A DNA stretch of 64,000 bases. It comes from Eubacteriales bacterium. GTDB lineage: Bacteria > Bacillota > Clostridia > Oscillospirales > CAG-272. The notes below the pieces were generated by a model. The model saw only the letters and a program-made list of their open reading frames with translations, was not told the origin of the DNA and did not search any database. Within the stretch, counting starts at the first letter, position 1. Every line of letters begins with the position of its first letter. Where the stretch lies: NCBI GenBank assembly GCA_045633005.1, contig JAZQXT010000047.1, positions 33,476 through 97,475 of the forward strand. The letters run 5' to 3'. This document shows, one piece after another, positions 1 through 8,435 of the stretch. The translations under genes and the position numbers were made by a program.

Positions 1-597
1 GCCCTCGCCGCGATATATATCGCCGTTGCACGAAAAATTCTCGGTGGTGGGCGCGTGACCAACTATCATAGTAGCATCGGCAACTGCGCACACGTCGGCA
101 TCCTCGGCGCAGAAATCGTCCCAATCGTAGTCCTCAAGCTCCTTGTCAGCCTCATAACCCTTTATTCCCGAATGGACGAGAACGTAGTCCTTGCCGCCGA
201 CGTGCAGAGTTTCGTAGGGTGCCATATCCGCAAGGTAGTCGATAACGCCCTCGCGCATATCCTCGTCAAGCTCGCGGAAGCCGTCAAGCGTGCGCTGACC
301 GCCCATCGCGACCCATTTTTGCATCTTTGCGATAAAATCCGCATCGGGCGTTTTGCCCTCCTTGAGCATTTCAGAAAAGCCCTCAAGCATTTCGGCGGCG
401 AGCTTATCGTGCTCGCCCGCAACGGGCCAGACGTTCTCGCGCATACTGAGGTCGCACACAAGCTCGATGGGGTCGTCACCTATGTCGACGATGTCACCAA
501 GAACGAACATAACGTCATTCTTTGAAAAATTTATTTCCTTCAAAAGTGCGGTAAAATCGGCGTAACAGCCGTGAATATTTGAAACAACGTAGGTCAT
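1..597 (-). CDS. Metallophosphoesterase (Ser/Thr phosphatase family), runs off window edge
   Basis: Own translation from ATG at 597 with GGAGGAG RBS: MTYVVSNIHGC...VLGDIVD...AGEHD...LVHSG...IVGHAPT; calcineurin-like motifs; not in ORF track because it is truncated. Confidence 0.85.
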   Translation of the reverse strand, partial: MTYVVSNIHGCYADFTALLKEINFSKNDVMFVLGDIVDIGDDPIELVCDLSMRENVWPVAGEHDKLAAEMLEGFSEMLKEGKTPDADFIAKMQKWVAMGGQRTLDGFRELDEDMREGVIDYLADMAPYETLHVGGKDYVLVHSGIKGYEADKELEDYDWDDFCAEDADVCAVADATMIVGHAPTTENFSCNGDIYRGEG

Positions 598-612
598 TTT
601 ATCTCCTCCAAA

Positions 613-1377
613 TTATATAGCGGTAAAGGGTGAATAATCAAGTATTTCCACCGTAACGCCCGCGTCGGCGGTGCGCACGATGTCGGCAAGCCTTTGGCAA
701 ACGGGATTTTCGGTGTGGTAGTGCCCCGCCTCGATAAGCGCGATGCCCTGCCCCTCGGCGTAGCCCCAAGCGTGATGCTTGAACTCGCCTCCGATCAAAA
801 CGTCCGCGCCGAGCGCGGCGGCGGGAGCGATAAAATCCGTGGTTGCGCCGCCCGCAACTGCAACGCGGCGAACCCTTTTGTCGGGGGAATTTGAATATTT
901 TACGCTCTTCGTTTTAAGCACTTGCGAGGTGCGCTCGGCAAGCTCAAAAAGGCTCACCACCTCGTCGAGCGTGCCTATTCTGCCGAGGTCTGTAACCTCC
1001 TCGTCGCCAAACGGTACGACATCTCGAACGCCGAGAAGCTCACCGAGTATATCGTTTACCCCGCCCTCGGCTGTATCAAGGCGCAGATGGAACGAAAACG
1101 CGGCAACGCCCGCGCTGTTAAGCTCGCCGAGCCATTTTGCGGGCGGCGTTCCCTCCACCGCCTCGCCGTATATGAGCGGATGGTGGGTGAGCAGTACGTC
1201 AAAGCCGCCGCTTATCGCCCTTTCCACCGCGGCGCGGTAGGGGTCAAGCGCGACGAGCACGCGCCCCACCTTGCGGTCGGGGTGCGGCATAGCCTGCGCT
1301 CCGTCGGTGTCTATCTCCTCGGAATAGCGTGGCGGAAGTATCTTTTCTATATATTCGTAAAGCTGTTTGACAGTCAT
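613..1377 (-). CDS. Nif3-like dinuclear metal centre protein
   Basis: LLTHHPLIY, HLRLD..GGVND, GEFKHH, AGHYHTE motifs; next to trmK. Confidence 0.9.
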   Translation of the reverse strand: MTVKQLYEYIEKILPPRYSEEIDTDGAQAMPHPDRKVGRVLVALDPYRAAVERAISGGFDVLLTHHPLIYGEAVEGTPPAKWLGELNSAGVAAFSFHLRLDTAEGGVNDILGELLGVRDVVPFGDEEVTDLGRIGTLDEVVSLFELAERTSQVLKTKSVKYSNSPDKRVRRVAVAGGATTDFIAPAAALGADVLIGGEFKHHAWGYAEGQGIALIEAGHYHTENPVCQRLADIVRTADAGVTVEILDYSPFTAI

Positions 1378-2075
1378 ATTTTCTCCTTTACGGCGGCAAG
1401 AATGTCAGCCGCCAGCTTTCTTTCGGGCGTAGCGTCGCGATTTGCACTTTCAAGCCCGCGCGCACGGGTCAGAAGCACCTCGGCGGCGAAGGCGGCGTGC
1501 TTTCGCAGTTTCTCTCCTCCGCGTGCGATATTGTGCCGTCCGAGTATCAGCTCGACCTCGCTGTACTCCTCGCGCACCCCCGTATATTCGGCGGCAATTA
1601 TTTGGTATATCCTACCGTCGCCAAGCTTTTCGTCCTCGGCAAGAGCCTCGTCGATTATTGAAAATCCGCCCTCGGTAAGACCGCGGCGAAGCTCGGCGGC
1701 GCGTGTCATCGGCTGCATTATGAGCCGCACTCCCGTGCGCCTTGCAAGTGGTGACGCATCCACGATGCGCCATATAAGCTCGCCGCCCATTCCGAGAACG
1801 TACACGTCCTCGGGCGAGTATTCTTCAAGCCCCGAAAGTCCGTCGGTGCGCACGGCGGCGATCTTGTCGCCAAGACCCGCGCCCGATATATTTATCCTCG
1901 CGCGAGTTATCGGTCCTTCGTTTATGTCCGAGGCAACGCCGCGCGGCGCAATTCCCTCTCCAACGAGATATATGGGAAGGCTTGCGTGGTCCGTGCCAAC
2001 GTCGGCAAAGGCTTTGCCGCGGCGCGCAAATGACGCGGCGGCGGCAAGGCGCGAGTCAAGCTGTATTTTTTTCAT
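1374..2075 (-). CDS. trmK: tRNA (adenine22-N1)-methyltransferase
   Basis: ADVGTDHASLP, SDINEGP, GMGGELI, LIMQPMT motifs. Confidence 0.9.
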   Translation of the reverse strand: MKKIQLDSRLAAAASFARRGKAFADVGTDHASLPIYLVGEGIAPRGVASDINEGPITRARINISGAGLGDKIAAVRTDGLSGLEEYSPEDVYVLGMGGELIWRIVDASPLARRTGVRLIMQPMTRAAELRRGLTEGGFSIIDEALAEDEKLGDGRIYQIIAAEYTGVREEYSEVELILGRHNIARGGEKLRKHAAFAAEVLLTRARGLESANRDATPERKLAADILAAVKEKI

Positions 2076-2132
2076 ATTATTTTCCCGTAATTTGTTTTTG
2101 GGGTGCTGCTACGCAACACCCCATGATATCAA

Positions 2133-2336
2133 TTATGCTTTTGCGGCGAAATAATCGTTGATAGCCTTTACAAGCTCGTCAGCGTTGGTGCCGTGAACGG
2201 CGCAAGCCTGCTCGATGGTCTCTCCGCGTGCGGCGGGACAGCCGAGGCAGTGCATTCCGATAGCAAAAAAGAACTGCGCGGTATCGACGTCAAAATCAAG
2301 AACGTCGCCGATAATGCTTTCCTTAGTAACTTTCAT
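2133..2336 (-). CDS. DUF1858-domain protein
   Basis: MKVTKESIIGDV...GMHCLGCP..RGETIEQACAVHG; start reassigned to ATG 2336 behind AGGAGG. Confidence 0.85.
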   Translation of the reverse strand: MKVTKESIIGDVLDFDVDTAQFFFAIGMHCLGCPAARGETIEQACAVHGTNADELVKAINDYFAAKA

Positions 2337-2370
2337 AATTAAATCCTCCTTTAGTATAGCGTATATAATA

Positions 2371-2399
2371 ATTATACCCTTATCCCCCGTATTTGTCAA
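2371..2399 (-). promoter_or_regulatory. Consensus sigma-A promoter with CsoR-like operator in the spacer
   Basis: TTGACA-17nt-TATAAT overlapped by ATACGGGGGATAAGGGTAT. Confidence 0.65.
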
Positions 2400-2523
2400 G
2401 GAAAAGCGTAAAGTTAAGATTTATTTTATAAAATTTGTATTTTCCTCTTGCCAAAGCGTTGAATAATATGTTATACTATAATGTAAAATAATTTCGTATT
2501 GCCCTTTGGGGCGGGAGGTTCTT

Positions 2524-3633
2524 TTGATAGTTGCACTTGAAGAAGCAAAATATAAATTAACGAATATGCGGCCTGTGCTTAAGGAGCTTGGGGATGCGCT
2601 CCGCGTAAGTGAGCTTGCCGCCACCGCAGAGGAGCTTGAAAAGCAAACGCTTGAGCCTGATTTCTGGTCGGATCAGGAAAATTCCACGAAGGTCCTGCAA
2701 ACCATAAAGCAAGCCAAGGACACCGTAGCGGACTACAACGCGCTTGTCGATCGCCTTGAGGACGCTATCGCGCTTGCGGAGCTTGCCATCGAGGAAAACG
2801 ACGAAAGCTGTGTTCCCGAGGTCGAGGCTGAGCTTGAGGAAATAATAGCCGCCGAGGAGAAAAAGAGAATATCAATTCTCCTGTCGGGCGAGTACGACCG
2901 CAACAACGCGATCATATCCTTCCACCCCGGTGCGGGCGGCACGGAGGCGCAGGATTGGGCGCTTATGCTCTACCGCATGATCACGCGTTGGGCGGAAAAG
3001 AACGGCTTTAAGGTCAAGCTGACCGATTGGCTTGACGGTGAGGAAGCGGGAATCAAGAGCGCAACCATAATGGTCGAGGGCGTAAACGCTTACGGATATC
3101 TCAAGAGTGAGAACGGCGTTCATCGCCTCGTCCGCGTTTCCCCCTACGATTCCGCAGGTCGCCGCCACACCTCCTTTGCCTCTATTGAGGTAATGCCCGA
3201 GTTTGACAAGCTTGACGAGATAGTTATCCGCGACGAAGACTACGACTTTATCGCATTCCACTCCAGCGGTGCGGGCGGTCAGAACGTCAACAAGGTCTCC
3301 TCCGCAGTTCGCCTTATCCACAAGGCAACGGGAATAGTCGTTACCTGCCAGACGGAGCGCTCCCAGCTTCAAAACAAGGAGACCGCGATGAAGATGCTCA
3401 AATCCAAGCTTATGGAGATAAAGATACGCGAGCGTCTTGACACCATCGAGGAGATTCAGGGCAACAAGACGAATATCGAGTGGGGTGCGCAGATACGCTC
3501 TTACGTATTTATGCCCTACACGCTCGTAAAGGACAACAGAACGTCCTTTGAAACGGGTAATATAGCCGCCGTTATGAACGGAGAGATCGACGGATTTATC
3601 AATGCGTATCTGAAGCACATTTCAAAGCAGTAA
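2524..3633 (+). CDS. prfB: Peptide chain release factor 2 (no programmed frameshift)
   Basis: GAGGTEAQDWA, SPY(D), SGAGGQNVNK, WGAQIRSY motifs; probable TTG start at 2524 after GGAGG. Confidence 0.95.
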   Translation: MIVALEEAKYKLTNMRPVLKELGDALRVSELAATAEELEKQTLEPDFWSDQENSTKVLQTIKQAKDTVADYNALVDRLEDAIALAELAIEENDESCVPEVEAELEEIIAAEEKKRISILLSGEYDRNNAIISFHPGAGGTEAQDWALMLYRMITRWAEKNGFKVKLTDWLDGEEAGIKSATIMVEGVNAYGYLKSENGVHRLVRVSPYDSAGRRHTSFASIEVMPEFDKLDEIVIRDEDYDFIAFHSSGAGGQNVNKVSSAVRLIHKATGIVVTCQTERSQLQNKETAMKMLKSKLMEIKIRERLDTIEEIQGNKTNIEWGAQIRSYVFMPYTLVKDNRTSFETGNIAAVMNGEIDGFINAYLKHISKQ

Positions 3634-3656
3634 ACGCTTTGAAGAAAGGAAAAGTT

Positions 3657-4088
3657 ATGGAAAACAAAGGAAATAAATTCGGCAAATTGCTTCTTTCGCT
3701 TACAGCTTGCACGGCTTTCGTCGGAGCTATCGTTGCCGCAGGTAAAGTGATTTTCTCCAAGCGCAAGGACAAAGACGTTCAAAGCAGTAGCGATGAAAGC
3801 GGCACGAACACGCTCGTCGCCATTTGCGTACTGCTCGTGGGTGTCGGAACTCTTATCGCGGGCATCGCCGTAGCGCTTCGCTCCATCCGTAAGGTCAGGG
3901 GCGGATACATCATCGACCTGTTTGACAGGGATGAATACGACGTTATCTCGCCCGAGGAGGAGGATAACTTCGAGGAGCTTATACGCAGTGAGCTTCGCCC
4001 CAGCGGTGACGACGATTGCGCCGCGCCCAAGCTTCGCGACGATATAGTTCCCGTTGACGAGGACGCGACTGAGGACAACTACAACTGA
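3657..4088 (+). CDS. Hypothetical membrane protein
   Basis: Two hydrophobic segments and acidic C-terminus; AAGGA RBS before ATG 3657. Confidence 0.7.
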   Translation: MENKGNKFGKLLLSLTACTAFVGAIVAAGKVIFSKRKDKDVQSSSDESGTNTLVAICVLLVGVGTLIAGIAVALRSIRKVRGGYIIDLFDRDEYDVISPEEEDNFEELIRSELRPSGDDDCAAPKLRDDIVPVDEDATEDNYN

Positions 4089-4105
4089 TATTAATATTGA
4101 ATAGC

Positions 4106-4133
4106 AAAAGCGGCGGAATTTTCCGCCGCTTTT
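4106..4133. terminator. Intrinsic terminator hairpin
   Basis: AAAAGCGGCGGAA-TT-TTCCGCCGCTTTT between convergent genes. Confidence 0.75.
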
Positions 4134-4145
4134 CTCATTAAAGAA

Positions 4146-4171
4146 CGGCACACTCCCGAGGGAGTGCGCCG
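4146..4171 (-). terminator. Terminator of the phage-like operon
   Basis: CGGCGCACTCCC-TC-GGGAGTGTGCCG followed by TTCTTT on the minus strand, just after the stop at 4185. Confidence 0.65.
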
Positions 4172-4184
4172 CGTAAAGCGTCCT

Positions 4185-5435
4185 TTAATAAGGATATTTA
4201 TTTACTATGCCGTGAAGCTGTGCGGGGATCTCCGTTCCGATGATGCAAATAGCGTCGCACCATCTGTGAAAGAGCTTTTCGTAAAGCGATGCGTCATCGT
4301 CAAGGATGAGCATTGCCGCCGTATAATTCACAGCCGCGCTGACAAAACGGTCGCAAAGAGGAAATTCGCTGTCAAGCGATATTTCCATAACGTCGTAGGG
4401 CGGCTGGTCGGGAAGCCCGTACGCTTTGCGGTAGAGCTGATCAAGCCTTGAAGCCTCGCTAACGAGCGCGGCAAAAATGTAGGGGGCGCGCTCGGTATAG
4501 TCCTCCATTATGGAATCCATATACGCCTTTTTTGCCGCCTCGCTCCTTTCGGGGAAAAGCTCCACGCCCGAGGTCTCGGTTATCTTTACGGTCGATATCT
4601 CCGCCTCGACGCCGCTTTCGGCGCTCGTATCGCTTTCATTCGAGGACGACGTGGTCGTACTGCGCTCACTCTCGCCCGCCGTGCTTGCCGTCTTTTCCAG
4701 CGTGTTGGTTTTGGTGCTTTCGCCAGACGAAACCGTATCCTTGGTGTGGGCAGAGGTCTCTTCACTCTCATCGTGAGTCTCTATGCTCTCACTATTTGTA
4801 TCCGTGAAGTTTTCCGTAACGGTAACCAGCCTGTCATCCGTTTTTTCAACGTCCGCCTCGGAAGTGCCCGTCGTATTAATAGTTGCGCTTACGTCCTCGG
4901 CAATAGTGGTAATAAGCCTTTCGGTAGTAGCGGTAACGTTTTCCGCCGAGGTAGGGATCTCGCTTATGTAAAGCTCGTCGGTATTTTCCGCATCCTTGCC
5001 TCGCGTTTCCGTGGTTTTCTCGCTCGTTTTACCGGTTTTCGATTCCTCAATTGTGGTTTTATCGGTGCTGGAGCTGGTATGCGAGCGTGTATCGTTCTCC
5101 GTGTCGCTCTTTGTTCCGTCTGCCGTTGAGCTGCGAGTTTTCTCGCCGCTGACGTTTTCCGTAGAGCTTGTCGTCGAGCTTACGTTGTTCGTCGAGCTTT
5201 CGTTATTGCTCTCGCTCGTCGTTTCGTTAGCGGTAACCGTCTCGTTTTCGGAGCCGCTTATGCTCTGCGTTTTGGTTTCATTGCGGGTTTCCGTCTTGGT
5301 CTCGGTGACTTTCGTGGTCTTTGCCGCAAGACTCGCCGCCGCCGTCGTCGCCCTGACCATAGAATCGGTATCGGCGGCTATCTTGGCTCTGATGACCAGA
5401 CTTACGGCTCTGTCGAATATTCGGCTGACTAACAT
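4185..5435 (-). CDS. Putative head-completion/adaptor protein with ~250-aa Ser/Thr/Glu-rich insert
   Basis: Directly downstream of the capsid gene, GGGAGG RBS; helical-looking termini around a T/S/E-rich region. Confidence 0.55.
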   Translation of the reverse strand: MLVSRIFDRAVSLVIRAKIAADTDSMVRATTAAASLAAKTTKVTETKTETRNETKTQSISGSENETVTANETTSESNNESSTNNVSSTTSSTENVSGEKTRSSTADGTKSDTENDTRSHTSSSTDKTTIEESKTGKTSEKTTETRGKDAENTDELYISEIPTSAENVTATTERLITTIAEDVSATINTTGTSEADVEKTDDRLVTVTENFTDTNSESIETHDESEETSAHTKDTVSSGESTKTNTLEKTASTAGESERSTTTSSSNESDTSAESGVEAEISTVKITETSGVELFPERSEAAKKAYMDSIMEDYTERAPYIFAALVSEASRLDQLYRKAYGLPDQPPYDVMEISLDSEFPLCDRFVSAAVNYTAAMLILDDDASLYEKLFHRWCDAICIIGTEIPAQLHGIVNKYPY

Positions 5436-5452
5436 CTATTCCTCCCGAATAA

Positions 5453-6271
5453 TCAGTTTATGGTGAGGTCGAGAAGTACCATCTCGGAGGGGTAAATTAC
5501 CTTTGCGCCGTAGAGGTGCAGACCCTTGACGGCATCCGCAAATCGCTTTTCGGGGCGGTACGCATCCACTTCGCTGAGCTGCTCGGCAAAGGCGATGGCA
5601 CGCTTGGTGCGTGCAAGGCACTTGTGTGCGCCGTCCGCTACGGCGACGTTGTTGGAAACGTAGATCTTACAGCCCGCAACGTTGCCGATACAACCCGTTT
5701 CAAGGGTGCTGTCGCTGTTGCTGATAGCGATCTTGGACTTGAGGATGAGCGCCGCAACTGCGGGGGAGACCTCGACAACGATATCGGCGGGATCGCTTAC
5801 GTTATTCTGAAGGAGCTTTGTACGAGCATCGATGATGTGCTCGATGATGTTATCAACGGTAGCCGCCTGCTCGGTAATAACGGAGCCAGCCTCGCCAAAG
5901 AGCGAGAAAACGTACTTATCCGCCTCGTTAGCGAGTGCGGACGCGGCGACCTTCATAGCGCCCGTCATAAGCTTGGGGGAGGACTGAACTCTGTCGATGT
6001 CGTCGATCTGGAAGTTGAACGCCTTCGCCTGATCGATAACGAGAGTCTTGGAAAAATCGGTAAGCTCCTCTGCAAGAAGCTCGAAATCCGTGTTTTTGTT
6101 GTAATCGAAAACCGTAACGTCGGTAAGTCCGCAGATCTTTACTCTGTCGCCCTTGCCCTTGATCTCGCCCTCGAAATCGCGGTTGCAGTTTGCTACCGCT
6201 ACGTACTGATTGTCAAGTGCGGTGAGAAGATTTTCGCTCCATACGGTAGAGATAAAATTAGTAATTGCCAT
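5453..6271 (-). CDS. Phage major capsid protein (P22 coat-like, HK97 fold)
   Basis: MAITNFISTVWSENLL, NRDFEGEI..KGDRVKI, LVIDQAKAFNFQIDDID, FADAVKGLHLYGAKV; follows scaffold. Confidence 0.85.
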   Translation of the reverse strand: MAITNFISTVWSENLLTALDNQYVAVANCNRDFEGEIKGKGDRVKICGLTDVTVFDYNKNTDFELLAEELTDFSKTLVIDQAKAFNFQIDDIDRVQSSPKLMTGAMKVAASALANEADKYVFSLFGEAGSVITEQAATVDNIIEHIIDARTKLLQNNVSDPADIVVEVSPAVAALILKSKIAISNSDSTLETGCIGNVAGCKIYVSNNVAVADGAHKCLARTKRAIAFAEQLSEVDAYRPEKRFADAVKGLHLYGAKVIYPSEMVLLDLTIN

Positions 6272-6309
6272 TGTTTTTTTCCTTTCTTTTTGTGGGCTTT
6301 GCCCTTTTT

Positions 6310-6834
6310 TTATTTCCAGCGGCGCATAGATTCCATAATGCGCCCGTAGTTTTCGCGCACCTCACGGCGCGACATTCCCCTGACCTCGTCAGGAGTGAAA
6401 AGACCGTCGTCGACGGTGCTTATTTTGCCGACCGAGGTTTTCTCAGCCGACCTTCTTGCCGCCTCTGCACGCTTTGCCCTGACCTCGCGCCGACGCATTT
6501 CAAGCGCGTAAGCGGCGGCAGGCGGCACGCCCTGCCTTACTGCCTCGTTGAAGCTGTCGGGCATGGAGCTGAGCTGTGCCGACGGATAAAGGTCCATAAG
6601 CTCTGCGTACCCCTCGGCAAATCTCTCTGCCTCGGCGCGAAGCCTTTCGACCTCACAGCGAAGTGCTTTAAGCTCCTCCATCTCGGCGCTGAAATCACTT
6701 GTCACCGCTTCCTCATCGGGTGCGGCTTCTTGTGCTACCTCTTCCTCGACCTCTTCGATTTCAAACGGAATTTCTTCGATCTCCTCGGTGGACTCTTCGG
6801 TGAGCACAAGCTCCTCTACTATCTCATCAAGCAT
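6310..6834 (-). CDS. Putative capsid scaffolding protein
   Basis: Acidic N-terminus, coiled coil, C-terminal FTPDEVRGMS..EVRENY..IMESMRRW; between portal and capsid; start 6834 with AGGAGG overlapping the portal stop. Confidence 0.7.
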   Translation of the reverse strand: MLDEIVEELVLTEESTEEIEEIPFEIEEVEEEVAQEAAPDEEAVTSDFSAEMEELKALRCEVERLRAEAERFAEGYAELMDLYPSAQLSSMPDSFNEAVRQGVPPAAAYALEMRRREVRAKRAEAARRSAEKTSVGKISTVDDGLFTPDEVRGMSRREVRENYGRIMESMRRWK

Positions 6835-8374
6835 CTTCGCCCTCCTTTTCTCTTGCCGCAAGCAAGCCGTATCTGTCGGGCACAAGCCCGTCGGGGAGAC
6901 GTTCAAGATACTCGCGAAGGGAAATATGCCCCTCTTTCAAAAGATTGTCGAGTATTGTCTGCGTTCCCGACACCGAGAAGCGCGAGGAATCCGAAACGTC
7001 GATCTTCGCGTGGAGCATTGCACCGCGAAGCAGATCCGTTCTTATTTTTTCAGCTCCGTTTTTCGTGTGCAAAAGGCTGCCGTCAAGGCAATAGCCGCAG
7101 GTCATATCCGCCCAGATGTTCGCCATCTGCTCAAGGCAGATATTAAGCTCGGAACGCACGCGCTCAAGTGCCTGCATCGAGCTTTCGCGAAGCGCAAGAA
7201 TTGCACTCGTGTTGTTGGGGTCAACGTTTCCGAGCGCCGCCTCCGTCGCGCCCGCAAGGTCCTTGGTCATAGTGACCGCCTTTTCGATAAGCTCAAGATA
7301 TCCGTCCTCAAGCGCGCCCGTACCCACGACCTGCACCGCATCGGAAATGTTACCGCCGCCAACTGCGGCGATCGCCTCGCCGACCTGATTTGTCCATTCG
7401 GGGATCCTCGTGCGGTCGTAGATGACCTTTGAAAACGCCGTATCCGTCATATGCTTCATCACCATTGCAAACGCGCGGTTGATGTATTTCTGATTTGCTA
7501 TCATTCCGCTTACCGCGGAATTGCCGTGGAAGCAATTTTTTGCACTGCTCCACGAAAATTTTGCAAGCGGATAAAGCTTGCACGGCGTTACGCTGCGGCG
7601 GATAACGCAGTTTTTGGTGGATTTTTCAAACACCACGAAGCCGTTTTCCTTCCAGAACTTGATAAGGTAGGTAACGGGCGCGTCCTCCGGCTCGTAGTCG
7701 TATTCAACGGCGGCGAAATCGCCCGCCATCGAGTCCACGGCATCCTCGCGAGTATCGGGGGTGATCTTCATCACGCTCTCTCGCGACGCGCCGTTGGCAA
7801 GAGCCTCGGCGCGAAGATCTGCAAGACGTGCCTTGCCCGAAATAATAACGTGCGACTGCGACTGAATATCGGGGTTATTTACGTCAGCGGGAAAGACGTT
7901 TACGTTGTCTATCGCACCCGTAAATATTTCACCGCGCCACACGCCGCACCCGTCCGCATCGGCATCCCAGCCGCAGTACACGATACCGTCACCCGTGAGC
8001 GCCGCATCGGTCAAAAGACGGTAGACAAGGGCTTGGAGCTTGTCGCGCTCCCACCTGTACGCCGCGTTTTCGGTAAGCATCCTTACGCCGTCGGCTATTG
8101 CCGCCGCCTCGGATGCAGACTCGGAAAACGGTAGATTTTCATCGGTATACGTTATCCTTATGTCCCCGACGGCGGCGGTGGAAATAAGGTTGTCGGTTAT
8201 GCGGCGAATAACGTTGAATACGGGACGGGGAAGGTCGCCGCTGCCACCCCGCCATTGATCTCCGCGATAAAACCTTTCGTTTTCGCGAACGGTTTCGTAA
8301 AGACCGATCTTTTGCTTATATTTACGGCCCGCCTCATACTGACGCCAAGCCTTTGATAAGCTGTTCTTGTTCAT
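6827..8374 (-). CDS. Phage portal protein (P22-like)
   Basis: NERFYRGDQW, RPVFNVIRR, DAALTGDG, NTSAILAL motifs; follows terminase. Confidence 0.8.
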   Translation of the reverse strand: MNKNSLSKAWRQYEAGRKYKQKIGLYETVRENERFYRGDQWRGGSGDLPRPVFNVIRRITDNLISTAAVGDIRITYTDENLPFSESASEAAAIADGVRMLTENAAYRWERDKLQALVYRLLTDAALTGDGIVYCGWDADADGCGVWRGEIFTGAIDNVNVFPADVNNPDIQSQSHVIISGKARLADLRAEALANGASRESVMKITPDTREDAVDSMAGDFAAVEYDYEPEDAPVTYLIKFWKENGFVVFEKSTKNCVIRRSVTPCKLYPLAKFSWSSAKNCFHGNSAVSGMIANQKYINRAFAMVMKHMTDTAFSKVIYDRTRIPEWTNQVGEAIAAVGGGNISDAVQVVGTGALEDGYLELIEKAVTMTKDLAGATEAALGNVDPNNTSAILALRESSMQALERVRSELNICLEQMANIWADMTCGYCLDGSLLHTKNGAEKIRTDLLRGAMLHAKIDVSDSSRFSVSGTQTILDNLLKEGHISLREYLERLPDGLVPDRYGLLAAREKEGEDA

Positions 8375-8435
8375 TTTTCACCTTCTGTTTTCAGATTTTT
8401 TGCGAAGGACTACTGCACAGACGAAGTTTGTCGGT

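Noticed and set aside
922..2154. 410-aa plus-strand ORF
   Set aside because: Antisense shadow of trmK and the Nif3 gene; no recognisable motifs
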